A stretch of 64,000 nt of DNA from Selaginella moellendorffii. Lineage: Eukaryota > Plantae > Lycopodiophyta. Of the stretch, positions 23,611 to 38,409 are shown in pieces. Each line of letters starts with the position of its first letter. Within the stretch, counting starts at the first letter, position 1. A model generated the notes under the pieces. The model was not told the origin of the DNA. It saw nothing but the letters and a program-made list of their open reading frames with translations, and searched no databases. The stretch lies in contig NW_003314296.1 in NCBI RefSeq assembly GCF_000143415.4, positions 973,645 to 1,037,644 of the forward strand, in the 5' to 3' direction. The translations under genes and the position numbers were made by a program.

Positions 23611-25588
23611 AATAAAAAATTAAAGTTAAAAGTAATCATTAAAATTAATTATTCTTGTGTTAATTCTGTGTGTGTTGATGGAGTTACTATTGCATTAATT
23701 ATTGCAAAGGTCATATCACATTTGTTAGATTTTTAAGTTGAGACGACTCCAGATTTGAGTGTCACTAAAAGTTTTTATTTCATAATTGTTGTTAAGAATA
23801 TCTAAGCATATTATCCTCAAAACCTATTCTTGACACCCAATCTGAAATATTTAAAAGTAAAGAATTGCAAGCTTAAGCTAAATTTATTTAAATTACTATT
23901 TAAGGAAGTGGAGAATTGTGAAAAAGAGTTGAATTAAAATCAAGAATGTAGAGTGCTCTAGAGACTCAGAAACCTAATGTAAAAGAACTTTGTCGTAGGT
24001 ATAAATATTGTTTTTGTTTGCACTTGCATTGCTTCTCCTCTTGGTGCCTGTGCAGCCTCTTATCTCCTTGTGAGTGATGTAGATCGTCCTATGGACTTTT
24101 TATTTCCCTTTTTGGTATACATGATAGAAGAATATACCTTCTAAATCAAAGATAAGTTCCTCAAAAAGAGGGAGTAGACTTTCTATTCATAGTTTGATTA
24201 ATACTAATTTAGGAAAGTTCTATAGATGAAGATGGACTTTTATATCAAATAATCTAGTAGTTTATACTTTCGTGCTTAACCTCAAAACATTTACATGCTA
24301 TATGAGATTGTGATATTGAATTCCATTTGTTAATAATCTTACATGAGAAGTATCAGGAATCAGGGCTCTCAAGATACACTATTTTCGTAGTGATGGCAAA
24401 TTTAGCATAACTAACTTTAGACTCTTTATATAAACCTTTTAATTCAATCAAACTGTTAAAAGTATAACATCCTTATCTTGTATTTTGATACTTGTGTTTT
24501 TAGCCTACAGTCTAATATAAAGTTTTGCAAATATTCCTAAAATGGTGTGAGCTAAAATTTTGTCCTTGGATTTGGGCACACCATTAGCCTTCTCTTTGGT
24601 GCTCTGATGTTGTTATTGAAATGTTTGGGCCACTCTATATATAAAATATTCTTCAAATTGTTGCTTGGTGAAAGTATCCACTTATTTATGTTTTAATTTT
24701 AGAAATGGAAAATTACCAATACAACTCTATGATAATTTTTATATTTTTCCCAAATTACCCTTACAATTTCAATAATTCCAAAATGTGCAATCTTAACTTA
24801 TATTTTCTATACAATGAGTCATTACACATTGTTGATTCATCCTAAAACCAAGAAACTCAAGGAAAACTCAAAAAAATTGAGGCTTACATTCTTCCCTCCA
24901 AGAAAATCGTCCAAATCTTTTCTGCATAGCTTGTGGCTATGGATGATTGCATAGCTTTGTTATGGAAGGAGATGACAAAGCTAGCAAATGACTATGCTAC
25001 CCCTTGGATCCTCAAGGCTAAGTTGTGGCAACAAGGCATTTCCAACCTACCCATGTAGAAATGTTTACAATATCTTTCAATTGCAAGTCTGTATTAAGAC
25101 CAAATGCATCCGGAGGGCTAATCACATCTAGCCTTTCACAGAGACGGTTAAAAGCAAGCCAAAGCCATTCAAAATGTACACTTTTCTTGAGTTTCCCTAC
25201 AGATTTTTGTGAGTTCCCCTAGGATGAGTCAGCAGTGTGTGATGACTTTGGGAAGTTTTTAGATTGTAGGGATAGATTGAGAAATATGCTTGCAAATATA
25301 ATTATAGTTCTCTTTAATCTGTGTCTTTATTTGAATCTATGTATGCTGAAAATCTTCAAAAATTCTAAATTCTATATGATTGAGGTTTGGGCTTCGATCA
25401 TATCACTTACAGAATGGCCGTGCTGTTGACCATTTCAGCACGTTCTTTTCTGTGATTTACTCAAAGAAACCTTCTTATTTTTTTAATCAATCTTCCACTC
25501 AAGAAGAAAAATGATAATCGATTTCTGTCTTCCTCTGAATGCCTCTGTAGAGCTCTTTAAACAACACCCACTCTTTCTTGTTTCATTC

Positions 25589-26543
25589 CTAGCCCCAGAT
25601 AGATCTCCGCATGAAAAGGAAGATCAACACTACGGAAAGCACGATCACAACTGGTGCCCACTTTCGAATGAGAGCCTGCAAGTTTCACGTTTTTTCATTA
25701 GCGGTGGTAAGGAAACTTGCGAGCAGATACCTGTCTGTTGAGATCTCGAGCTTTGTCCGAAAAGATGCGTGATTCGGCCGTCAAGCGGGTTGAGAGCTGG
25801 CTTACCTCTGCGAAAGATGAAAATAACGTTAAAAAACCAAGAGAGGAAACAATCGAAGAGGAAGAGTTTGACGAAGACGAAGAGAAGAAAGAAAGCTTAC
25901 GATCGAGCTTGTCACCAACGCCCAAAACCTCTTGAATGTTTCTCGTCATTATCTGCTGGACTTCGTACAGCTCGTCGTTGAGTCTGGACAAGTTCCGCTG
26001 CGTTCTCGTGTCAAGGTAGAGCTTCCTGGTTTTCTGGATGAATATATCTTTGCAAAACAATCGCATCGTTAGACTTACACAGTCAAAACAAAGAGCAAAA
26101 ATCACCCACCAAATTTGACAAAGGCATACGGCCTCGCAACAGTCTCGATCTGCGAGTGATTCAGCCGCTCGAATTCCCTCTGCAGCTCCTCCAAGTATTG
26201 AAACGCGAGCTTCTTCGGGTAGGATCGATCGCAAAGAGTAAGGTAGCAAACTCTCCCTTCAATGAGATAGCTACAATCGAGAAAGAAAAAGAAAAAAGAA
26301 ATCAATCTCAACCCCAACGAGCTCAAATTCTCGCGAAGAATCCAGAAGAACTCACTGAAAAAAATAGGGGCCAGTCTCCACTGACATCCTCGACGGCTGA
26401 TTCTGCCCATGCGACAGCCGCTTGAACAGCGACTTGGCCTGCTGCTTGTAAAAATCCAGTTCCTTCTCCTCTAATCCAGTGTCCATACCTTCGGCGAGTG
26501 GCAAGCCATCAGTGATCCGAGCTATAACTGTCAGCTTCACCAT
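25589..26543 (-). CDS. SEC22: SEC22 longin R-SNARE (multi-exon)
   Basis: MVKLTVIARITDGLPLAEG, YLTLCDRSYPKKLAFQYLEEL, RPYAFVKF, IMTRNIQEVLGVGDKLD and a C-terminal TM segment, with GT-AG introns. Confidence 0.95.
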
Positions 26544-26741
26544 GCCTGTGATCCGGATCTGGCGCTCTTCCGCAAGAACCCTAGTTTACCGCCATAAAGC
26601 TTTCACACCAATACGCCTCTCATTAAAATAAAATACAGATGAATTAAAATGGACTTAACTTAATTACCAGTTAAGCATTTTCTAGGTATATTCCAAATAT
26701 TCAAGCTTTGGTTTCTTCTTCAATGGTTCGCCGAAAGCTGG

Positions 26742-28772
26742 ATGAAGATCTTGAGGGAAGAGCTGCATCGATCAATCCTGGAGCTAGAGAGATACCCGAT
26801 ACAATCACGATTCACTGTTTTGATCCGTCACTGTGGCAAATCCTTGGCTCTGGAAGAAGGCCGTCGCTTGCACAGGATTCTTGCGAGAGATGGCGCAGAC
26901 CAAGAAACTTTCATGGGCAATCTGCTCGTCCAAATGTATGGCCAGTGCAGGGACCTCGCTCAATGCAAGCAAGCATTCGAGAAGATCAGGAAGAGGAATC
27001 TTTACTCTTGGAACATAATGGTCGCGGCATATGCCCAAAACGGGCATCTTGATCTCGCTGCGCGGCTCTTCGGGCTGATACCAGAGACGAACTTGGTGTT
27101 GTGGAACGCAATGATATCTGGGTATGCGCAAAACAAGTCGATAGATATAGCGAAGGATCTCTTTGAAAAAATGCCCGAGAGGGATGTTGCGTCTTGGAAC
27201 TCGATGATTTCGGCATTTGCTCTACATGGGGAATGTAGCAACGCAGTGGCGCTTTTGCTGGAAATGGACCTGGAAGGGATCCATTGCAACAGGATCACAC
27301 TCTTGAGCATTTTAGACGCTGTCGATCGCATCCATTTGAAGTTCCTCCACGCGGAGATTTGCAGCCGAGGACTTGACACCGAGGTGGCGATGGGTACGGC
27401 ACTGATCAAAACGTACGGGAGGATGGAATCTCCGGATCTAGCGCGCAGTGCGTTTGATAGAATCTTGGAGCGTAATATCGTCAGCTGGAACACTCTCGTT
27501 GAGGCTTGTTTTTCGGATGAGATACTCCGTCGGATGCCTCTATGGGATCTTGTGTCGTGGACTTTGGCGTTAACGGCATATGCCCGTGATGGGAATTTGC
27601 TGGATGCCATTCGCATCTTCATGGGCATGCCCGAGAGAAGCAGCGTGACGTGGAATGCCATGCTGGCGGGCTGCGTCCAGCATGGAGCTTTGGGCGAGGC
27701 CGATTGGCTGTTTGAGGTGATGCCCGCTAGGAATGTGGTGACGTGGACGACGATGATCTTTGGAGGGGATCACAGGAGGTCTTTGAGCTTGTTTCGAGCC
27801 ATGGATTTGGAGGGTCTTCAGCCAAATAGGATCACGTTTTTGAGCCTCATCGATGGATTTGGATCGCCGCAAGCTTTGGACGCGTCGCGAATCGTCCACA
27901 AATGTGCCGCGTACGAGAGTCTCGATCTGGATCACGAGGTTTTGTCCAGTCTCGTCAAAATGTACGCTAGATGTGAGAGTCTAGTCGATGCGAAACTCTT
28001 GTTCCAGAATGAGATGAATCGATCAAGTTTGGTGTACAACTCCATGCTCTGTGCTCTCTCGGGAGAAGAAGAAGAAGCGCTAGTGTTCTTGCGAGAAATG
28101 GACTTGGAGGGCGTCAAAGTGGAGAAATCTTCTCTCATCGACACACTTGAGAGCTGCAAATCCATAGCCCAAGGCAAAATCCTTCACAGCAGCATTCCCA
28201 GCGAGCTTCTCCGATCGGACACGGCCCTGGGAACTTCCGTGCTCTACATGTACGGCCGACACGGGGACGTGATCACCGCCCGTACAATCTTCGAGGAACT
28301 CCACGAACGAAACCTGGTCGCCTGGACAGCGCTAATCTCAACTTACGCACAAAACGGACGTGGAAACACGGCCCTGGAGCTCTTTCGTCTCGTGGGATTG
28401 GATGGAATCCTCCCGGACACCGTCACCTTTGCAAAAATTCTCATCGCATGCAGCCATGCAGGGCTCGTCACCCACGGCTGCCAATTTTTCAGCTCGTTCA
28501 TGGGGGATTACAACCTGGTTCCATCGCTGGATCACTACAATTGCCTCATCGATCTCTTGTGTCGAAATGGGCGTTTGTTTGATGCCCAAGAAGTGGCCGC
28601 AAACATGCCATTCGAGCCAAACCTCGTGTCGTGGGTGACTTTGCTGGGCGGCTGCTCGATCCACAGCGATCCAGAGCGAGCATTTGGAGCAGCCCAGCGA
28701 GCGAACGGAGTCGACAGTCGCAGCACCGCTCCCTATTCCTTGCTCTCCAACCTTGTAAAATCCCTGAAATGA
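26742..28772 (+). CDS. PLS-class PPR protein with E domain and no DYW (putative organellar RNA-editing factor), 676 aa
   Basis: Single-exon P/L/S repeats (RNLYSWNIMVAAYAQNG, RDVASWNSMISAFA) and E domain MPFEPNLVSWVTLLGGCSIH...APYSLLSNL. Confidence 0.92.
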   Translation: MKILREELHRSILELERYPIQSRFTVLIRHCGKSLALEEGRRLHRILARDGADQETFMGNLLVQMYGQCRDLAQCKQAFEKIRKRNLYSWNIMVAAYAQNGHLDLAARLFGLIPETNLVLWNAMISGYAQNKSIDIAKDLFEKMPERDVASWNSMISAFALHGECSNAVALLLEMDLEGIHCNRITLLSILDAVDRIHLKFLHAEICSRGLDTEVAMGTALIKTYGRMESPDLARSAFDRILERNIVSWNTLVEACFSDEILRRMPLWDLVSWTLALTAYARDGNLLDAIRIFMGMPERSSVTWNAMLAGCVQHGALGEADWLFEVMPARNVVTWTTMIFGGDHRRSLSLFRAMDLEGLQPNRITFLSLIDGFGSPQALDASRIVHKCAAYESLDLDHEVLSSLVKMYARCESLVDAKLLFQNEMNRSSLVYNSMLCALSGEEEEALVFLREMDLEGVKVEKSSLIDTLESCKSIAQGKILHSSIPSELLRSDTALGTSVLYMYGRHGDVITARTIFEELHERNLVAWTALISTYAQNGRGNTALELFRLVGLDGILPDTVTFAKILIACSHAGLVTHGCQFFSSFMGDYNLVPSLDHYNCLIDLLCRNGRLFDAQEVAANMPFEPNLVSWVTLLGGCSIHSDPERAFGAAQRANGVDSRSTAPYSLLSNLVKSLK

Positions 28773-28874
28773 AGAACCCTAAAAGAAAAACCCTCCCTCT
28801 CTATTGGGGCTAGGGTTTTGGGGTTCCTCCTTCCAAGATTTGCCATTCTTTGCGCCGCGCGCTGCCCAGCCGCA

Positions 28875-29572
28875 ATGGATCGCGACCGGCTCATGAAGAT
28901 GGCCACCGCCGTGCGGACGGGAGGGAAGGGAACTGTGAGGAGGTAAAGATTTGGGATTAGATTGGAAGATTTTGGTGAGAATTCTGGCAATCGCAGGAAG
29001 AAGAAGGCAGTGCACAAGACCGCGACCACCGACGACAAGAGGTTGCAAAACACGCTCAAGAGATTGGGCGTCAACACCATCCCCGGCATTGAGGAGGTGA
29101 ATATCTTCAAGGACGATACCGTCATTCACTTCGTCAATCCCAAAGGTAAGAATGGAAATCTCTGCGTGGACGAATGGTTTGATGGATTTCTTCTTCTATC
29201 TTTTCGCAGTTCAAGCTTCCATCGTTGCCAACACTTGGGTCGTGAGCGGAGCTTCATCCACCAAAAGTATGTCCATCTCTCCTTTTTTTCTTTGCTCTTA
29301 CTGGAACTTTTCTCTCTTTCTCCATTCCAGAGCTTCGAGATTTGCTACCAAGCATTGTAAACCAGCTGGGTACGTTTCTCAAATCCTTTATTTTCGTTCG
29401 TTTTGAAAGAAACATTGGATCTCCATTCTTTTCTTCTTTTTCAGGCCCGGACAATCTCGCGAACTTGAAGAAGATTGCTCAGCAGTGGCAGACTAACTCC
29501 GGTGCCGACGACGACGATGTTCCCGACCTGGTTCCCGGAGAGAACTTCGAAGAGGCTGCTAAAAAGGAATGA
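28875..29572 (+). CDS. BTF3: Nascent polypeptide-associated complex beta subunit
   Basis: [66 protein letters not shown] and DDDVPDLV, with 4 short introns. Confidence 0.95.
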
Positions 29573-29659
29573 GTGACACGGAGCTAGCTGACGCTGCTTT
29601 GTTTCCTTTTTCTTACCCCACTCTAGCTTTTTGTAATTTGCGGTACCTTGTTTCTGGTT

Positions 29660-31362
29660 CTAGGCCGGAACAGCAACTTTGATCCCCAGTTTCTCCAGAA
29701 TCATATCGTCGGTTGAGAAATCGGCTGCTTTACGAAACGTTCCCAGCCCGAAATCGAGGTTGTAGGAATCTGTGAGACCGTCTACCAGTCCATACTTGGG
29801 ACTCCAGCCAAGATCATTCTTCGCTTTTTCGATCGAGGTAAAGAAATGCTGCAACAAGGCCGATGAGAAAACCGCATGAGACATGAGCTAGAAACTTTTA
29901 CTTGATCGCGCAGCGGGAATGATTTCTTCTTTCCAAAGTCGAAGTCCTTCGGGTTGTAGTGGACCAGCTCCGGAGTGGGAAAGCCACCGGCCTGTAATTG
30001 TTTTGTTCGTTGCTTTTAATTCCAAGCAGCAAAGTCTGTTCATACCTTGGCACAAGCTCGAGCAATGCCAGCAAACGTTACATACTTCGCTCCCGAGATA
30101 TTGTAGACTTGACCAAATGCTGTTGGATTGTCCAGAACGCGGACAAATGCGTCAGCCAGATCCTGCAATCGTAGACGTGAGTAACGAATAAAGCAGCCGC
30201 AAAACCAAGCACCTTGACGTGACCAAGTTGCGTGATTTGAAGGCCGGAGTTTGGAATAGGAATTGGCCTGCCAGCTTTGAGGCGATGGAAGAACCATTCT
30301 TCCACTGGATTGTAGTTGAGAGGGCCGTAGATGTAAACTGGTCTGATGGAGGTCCAGGGCACTCCTTTGCTTTGCAGCAGCGCTTCAGTGTCAAGTTTTC
30401 CTTTGTGCCTGCTTTTCGGATCAGTAGCATCAACCTGCACAGTGGAATTCAGCAAACGTATGATCCTTCAACAAGCCTCACCTCAAAATGGGGAAGTAAG
30501 TCCGACTTTAAGTACACTCCAGCCGAAGAACAATAAATGTATCTGTTTCAAGAAAGCAAGAGAACTTTTTCGTTTCTTGAGAAGTTCACTTACTGCTTAA
30601 GGCTTGGAATTGCGTCGATAATGGGCTCAACTTCGACAGCCTCCCTCCCTGTCAATAGAAACTTCATTTCGAGAGCACTTGTGAATTACTTTACCGTTTA
30701 TGTCATAAACAATCTCGAAACCAGCACTGGCAATTTTGCTCTTCATTCCATCGAAGTCTTGACGATCTCCTTGAATGTGCTTTACCTAAAGACAGCAACT
30801 AAAAAGATAAAAACCAACTGCAGCTGGTGACAACGTACTTTAGAGGAGTATTCTGCGTATTCTTGGTCCGTTTCGCTGGCAATCTTTTGAGTGACTGGTG
30901 TTTTTCCACGAGTGAAGAGAGTCACCTGCAAAAAAACTGTGAACTTTCACCTTCTATGTTAAAATAGATTTTCAACCTCGTGTCCAGCTTTCACAAGCAA
31001 CCTTGCCAGGTAAACTCCAATAAACCGAGTTCCTCCCATCATCAAGATTTTCTTCGTCGGAGTATCGCTGGAAGCTGTGGTAACAATGGACACTCGTCGG
31101 ACTGCTTGAGTTCGAAGCCTCGTCCGATCTGTGGCCTGCATCTCAAAGCAGATTAGCGAGATAGAGCCGCAAAGATCAAGTTTTCAGAATCTACCTGCCG
31201 GACGACATTCTGAGTGAAATCCGAAGCTAGAAATTGGTCAGTTCTCGCATAAGAGAGGCTCCTGTTTTGACATGTTCTTGCTGTATCCTTTCGTGCCTGC
31301 ATTAAACCATCAAACGATGCAGCGGATGCGCCATAGCCTCTGATTGCAGAGGACGCAGCCAT
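29660..31362 (-). CDS. CSP41B: Chloroplast stem-loop RNA-binding protein CSP41b (NAD-epimerase fold)
   Basis: KKILMMGGTRFIGVYLAR, DPKSRHKGKL, WTSIRPVYIYGPLNYNPVEEWFFHRLKAGRPIP and GTFRKAADFSTDDMIL. Confidence 0.92.
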
Positions 31363-31448
31363 GACGAAGAGAGTGGAAAACAAAAGCCTCAAAGAACAAT
31401 CCTCATATTTTGAATGTGCACCTCAAGAAAACAACGGGCTTGATGCAT

Positions 31449-31458
31449 GCCACGTGTC
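31449..31458. promoter_or_regulatory. G-box (GCCACGTGTC) ~90 nt upstream of the CSP41b ATG
   Basis: Perfect G-box in the 104-nt KRR1/CSP41b gap; function is inferred. Confidence 0.45.
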
Positions 31459-31466
31459 AGAGAGCA

Positions 31467-33109
<1,643 letters not shown>

Positions 33110-33158
33110 AACCCTAGAAATATTTCGAAATTAGGGTTCTTGGGAAAAGAAGGAAGAA
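33110..33158. promoter_or_regulatory. 49-nt divergent spacer with inverted telo-box-like motifs
   Basis: AACCCTAG-AAATATTTCGAAA-TTAGGGTT lies between the KRR1 and AIG2-like start codons. Confidence 0.5.
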
Positions 33159-33824
33159 ATGGCCAACGGCAATGTGTTCGTCTATGGGACGCTCCTGGCA
33201 GATGAAATTGTGCGCATCCTGATCAAGCGCGTTCCATCGAGCTGCGACGCTGTGCTCGCCGATTAGTAAGTCGCTCGATCGATCAAATTCCACTGCTGAA
33301 TTCATCGATGTCGTATTTTATCGCAGCCATCGATTCAGCGTGCGCAATCGCGTCTATCCCGGTGCTACTTACAGGAAGGGGGACAGAATCAAAGGAAAGG
33401 TATAGAGCTTCCGTGAATTCTTTTGATCCTTGACGATAGAAATTCGTTTGAGAAGGTTCTACTCGATTTAACACACGAGGAGCTTCAAGTCATGGACGAT
33501 TTCGAGGGAGAGGAATATAAGAGACTTACTGTGGAGCCTTGCTTACTGGTGATTCCCTTTCCTTCTTTCGCTAGATCACAAGTTCTATGATTATTTTCTT
33601 TGTTCTCGCAGGATCAAAGCATTACGCTCACAGCTTTCGTGTATGTTTGGGGTGATCCGGAAGACAAGGATTTGTTTGGAAGCTGGGACTACGAGGTAAA
33701 ACTCTTCCGGATTTTCGTTTCTTTTTTTCTTAGATCTTCCTTTCAGGAATGGAGATCGAATGATCTGGAGAGATACGAAGCAATGTGTGAGGAATATATG
33801 GACACGGGAATCAACGTTACTTGA
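33159..33824 (+). CDS. AIG2-like gamma-glutamylcyclotransferase family protein
   Basis: NVFVYGTL, HRFSVRNRVYPG, ELQVMDDFEGEEYKR and YVW...GSWDYEEW, with GT-AG introns. Confidence 0.88.
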
Positions 33825-33896
33825 GGTGAGAAGAACTCGCGCGGGATTTTTATTCGATCGAAGAAACAGGTTGTATACAAACGATGAATTCATCGT

Positions 33897-35360
33897 TTAT
33901 AGTCGCTTAGAGGGAACTTTAGCGACCAGCTCTGGAAGCGCCTCGAAGAGATCCATAGCAAGACCGTAATCCGCGACCTGACGAGAAAGAAAAACTCGAA
34001 ACTTGGAAAACCAAGTCAGGGAAAGAACCTGAAAGATTGGAGCGTCTCGATCTTTGTTGATAGCAACGATAACTTTGGAGTCTTTGATTCCAGCGAGATG
34101 CTGTATAGCTCCTGAAATTCCTACGGCAATATAAAGCTCTGGCGCCACAATCTTTCCAGTCTGTCCAATCTACAAGACATTCTCAGGCATTAAAAACTGA
34201 GAGCAAGAATTCTTCGAGTCGATCACACCTGCATGTCGTTCGGAACAAATCCAGCATCAACTGCGGCTCTCGATGCTCCCACTGCATATACATTACGAAT
34301 GAAAACAGGACGAAACAAATATAAAAACTTTACCAGCGGCTCCAAGCTTGTCAGCAAGTTTCTCTAGCAACTCAAAGTTCTCTGCGCTTTTGAGTCCCCG
34401 GCCCCCAGAGATCACGATTTTTGCGGCACCCAGCTCTGGCCGCTCCGTTTGCTGCGAAGACAAACCAATCCACTTCGACTTTCCAATCGCTCCTGTGGAA
34501 CTCATCACGTAAATTTCCTCTCTATTCTTCAGTTCTTAAAAGTTTCTTGAAAGCTTACCCGAAGAAAGAGACGAAGCATCGAAGTCGACGATGGAAGGAT
34601 GGCCAACTCCGGTTAATGCGAGCCCGGGAACTGCTGGAAAGGATGTTGCTCTAATGCTTACAATGCATGGACCGGAGCCTTTAAACCTCACAGTAGCCAT
34701 AGCATTTCCTGCATAGATTGGTCTTGTGAAGGAAGAAAAAGAAAGAACACAAAGAAAAAATCATCAAGCTCTAGCTTAAATCAACGAGAGAATACCTGAT
34801 GTACGTGTGTTGATCGATCGTTCGAGTCACGTCTGTGATTGGAGAGACTCCCAACAGCGCTGCCGCTCGGGGCAACACATCCTTTCCAAACGACGAAGAC
34901 GCAGCGAATATGTGAGAGTAATTTCCCTTCTTCTGGGCTTGGACAAGAAGCTCCGCCCATGGCTCCGCCAATGGCTGCCCCAGCAGCGGCGATCGAGCTA
35001 CCAGAACCTGCTCTATAACTCGATCGAATCGACCAAAACAAACGAATTTTTGCTAGAACCTGAGAGACTGCCGGATGAGCCGAGCTCGCGTGCTGGATTG
35101 CCGCGTCGAGCTCCGCTCCCCCCGATCCAGCTACGAGCAACGTCACGGGCGAAGAATCGCCTAATGCGGCCGCAGCGGCAGCGACGGCGCTGATCGATCC
35201 GTTCTTCACCGATCCTCCTCCGTGCTCCGCGATTACGAGCGCGCTACTCGCCTGCGATGGATCAATCACACAAACCCTAGAAAATCCTTCCAGCGCTTAC
35301 GAAATTCCTGGCGAGCTTAGAAAGAGGGCGCCATTTCCATTTCCATGACGATGACGCCAT
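33897..35360 (-). CDS. ETFA: Electron transfer flavoprotein alpha subunit (mitochondrial)
   Basis: [43 protein letters not shown] and [45 protein letters not shown]. Confidence 0.95.
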
Positions 35361-35436
35361 AGCAAAAACACGAGTAATAGGTCCGGGGTTCGAATCAAAG
35401 AGGGTATGTTACAACCTAGACCGTCGGATCATTAGA

Positions 35437-36230
35437 TTAGATGCATCTCGTGAAGTGCTGGCCGTTGATGTAGCCCCCAGCCATGGATCTCTTTACGTTG
35501 GCCTGGAATTGTCTGGGGTGATCTCGCAACACCTCGGCCGCTTCGTGATTTAGAGGATCGTCGGGATTGGGATCCTATAGCAACGAGCAAAGGATCAAAA
35601 CTTTTGCTAGAGATTTGGAAGTAGATCGCTTACTAGGAACAAGTATTGGAGGCCGTAGACAATGGAGTTTATGCTCAGCACGGGTTTCCAATCTTCTCTC
35701 AAGATGTTGAGGCAAACGTTTCCTTCCAAATCTATGTTCGGGTGATAAACCTGCGAGACAAGCTAGTGAAACAATGAAAGGAAAAGAGCAAACTTACCTT
35801 TGTTTTGCATTTCACTTTGGGTGCCTCGTGTGGATATAAAGGAGAGATCTGGAAAGAGAAAACAAATGTTCCATCTCTGGAAGAACCAAAACGCATTACT
35901 TAGCTAGAAAAAAATCGAAACTTTCGCTGGGAACTGAGAGAACTCTTGCTTACTGGTAGTAGCCTTCATCGGGACAGATCGTGATCTCGAAATTCAGTAA
36001 GTTGTCCTTTCCCATAGGAAATGTGATCGAAGTGGTCTTGGCCAGATTAAGCTCCGTGATATCTGAAGAACAAAGAAAGGAAGAAGCTCTCAGTCGATTG
36101 GTGGATCGAGTGGATTACCTTTCTGGACGCGCAGCTCTCCAGGGCTCTGCTTCTTGATCGGCGCTCTCCCATTCGCATTGTTCTGCGCAGCCTCCTGCTG
36201 CTTCTTCTTCACCGAGAAGAGATTGATCAT
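35437..36230 (-). CDS. UBC12: NEDD8/RUB-conjugating E2 (UBC12/RCE1)
   Basis: [59 protein letters not shown] and DPLNHEAA. Confidence 0.92.
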
Positions 36231-36444
36231 GTTCCTGTAGCACCGACGCGCGAGAGAGAGATCGATCAAAACCGAAAATGCAGCTCATCGATCGCACATA
36301 CCTAGCTCGGATCGCGCACGCGGCGGAGCTCCAGCCCCCCAAAACACCGCCCTCGCCCCTGCCCTAGAGCTGGTTCTCCTTTTTAGGGCTTTGCCAGAAA
36401 GAATCGTAGATCATCACGCAAAGCAAAATAAAAAATTTCCGGCC

Positions 36445-36840
36445 AATGATGACGTGTCACCAATCGAATGATGACGTTCTATCGTTGCACGAGAAAGTTT
36501 CAGAGATGGGTGGATCCTGGAAGATATAGGTAGGAACCACGTTGAGACCAATAGTCAACGCTTTAGTTAGAACCCTAATTTTCGAGATTCGCGGAAGCTC
36601 GAGCTTAAAAGTCAGCACACAAAGACCAACCCCATACACAAGCATAATGTGTGTGGTTTTCTCATAGCTCACGAGTTTAATAAAGCTTTCACGTAAGAAA
36701 CTACGTATGAGCACGACACGACTGTATAGTATTGTCCACGCGTCAGCTTTGTGGCACGCCAACTGTGAGGGTGTCTAGCGCGACACGTAACTTTATGTTG
36801 GAAAAGCACACCCAGGGACGAACGAAGTATATAAAAGCGT
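36445..36840 (+). promoter_or_regulatory. Shared UBC12/EF-hand promoter with ABRE-like ACGT boxes, an ACGCGT motif and a TATA box
   Basis: GACGTGTC ~36451, CACGT motifs, CCACGCGTC ~36736, GACACGTA ~36782 and TATATAAA ~36828. Confidence 0.4.
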
Positions 36841-36963
36841 TCAATGCCCCAAATGTGTAGATAGGAGATCTCTTTCCTTGTCCTCTATTCTTCCTCATTT
36901 TTCACTGAGAAAAAGGAAGTTTTTTCTTTCGTTCTATCGAGTGATCGATTTGGGCGACGAGCT

Positions 36964-38409
36964 ATGGCGACGCAGCAGCAGCAGCAGCGGGAGGACGAGA
37001 TTGTTGGAATGGGCAACGATGGAGTTGTGGATGGATCGAGCATCAAGGCGCTGGTGGAAGACAAGACCGCATTTGCGAGGTTCGTGGACGGGAAGTTTAG
37101 TGCGCTGGATGCGAGCCACACGGGGGATCTCACGCCCCAGGAGCTCAAGCCCGCGGTTCTTGGGATCGGTGGAGCGCTTGGCCTCCCTCCACAGGGATCT
37201 TCTCCCGATACTGATCCCATCTACGATCAGGTTGGTTCTCCTAGCTAGAAAAGTTGGATGACATGGTGTTCCTGATCAAGAAAAACATTCTTGTAGGTGA
37301 TGAAATCCTTCCTGGATGGACGAGCTAAGAAAGTTTCCAAGGAGAAGTTTGCGGTGGTTCTTCGTGAGATACTCCTGGGACTAGCGGATGGTCTGGAGCG
37401 AGAGCCGATCAACGTCATGTCCCTGGATGGATCGAAGCTCCGGGAGTATGCCCGTCACCCCGACGCCGAGATCAGCGCTGTGAATGCTTTCGTGGAGAAT
37501 GATCTTGAGAGCACTGGTAAAGTTAAAGCGTCGGTTCTCAGGGACGCTTTGAAACGGCTCTCGGTCGACCATGGAGCTCCACCGTACGCCGAGGTACATT
37601 CTTCCAAAAGTTTTTTCCTCCAGCCTCTGGATATTTGATCTTATTGAGTTGTCAATAGTGTTCTTCTTTGGGGTTGTGTGAGCTTCCTCGGAGTGTTTAA
37701 ACTCTTTTTCTTCCAGGCGAGTTTGCCCGTGGTGGATGCTGCTCTCTCGAGATCGGGAGTTAACGAGGACGCCCTGATCGATCAAAACGAGTATGTGGAG
37801 CTCTTCAAGAAAGTTTTGCTGGAGATGTCGACGATCATGTCCGAGAAGCCTCTCACTGTGGCTCACGTACGAAAGAAATTCGACGGCCAAAGTGTCAAAG
37901 CCTTCCTGAGCGACAAGAAAGCATCCAAGAAGGTAAAAGCACAAAATTCCCTCCATGTTACATCTGATAGGTTCTCGCTTCGCGCAACAGGTAATCTCCG
38001 AGGCCTGGAAAACGCTGCCAAAAGAAAAGAACGGCTCCATAAAAAAGGATGACTTCATCTTTGGCTTGGACTTCGTCTCACCTCGAGCTGGTTTGCCACC
38101 GCTTGGAGCAATCGAAGAGGTGAATATACTTCTTGTGGGAGAAAAGAGTTCCAACTCTGGAACAACTAAAAACCTTCTTCTTTGTAGATGGATTCCGAGA
38201 TCATTGGAGCACTCAAAATGATGGACAATGGTGGAGCGGCCTCGCATAAAAACCACCATGAAAATTTGATAGACAGGGAAATGTTCGAGCAGTACCTGAG
38301 GCAAGTTCTCGGGAGTATGATGTTGCAACTGGAAGGGAAACCGATTGTGATCCAGAGCAGCGCCATCGTCAGCGAGGCCCAGGCAGGAAACCCCGCCGCC
38401 ATTTTCTAG
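36964..38409 (+). CDS. EF-hand calcium sensor, SCS (SnRK2-interacting calcium sensor)-like
   Basis: VDGSSI..FVDGKF..LD...G.L...EL.PAV..IG.ALGLPPQGSSPDTDPIY, LSVDHG.PP and LGSMMLQLEG.PI match plant SCS-type proteins as recalled; 5 exons. Confidence 0.8.
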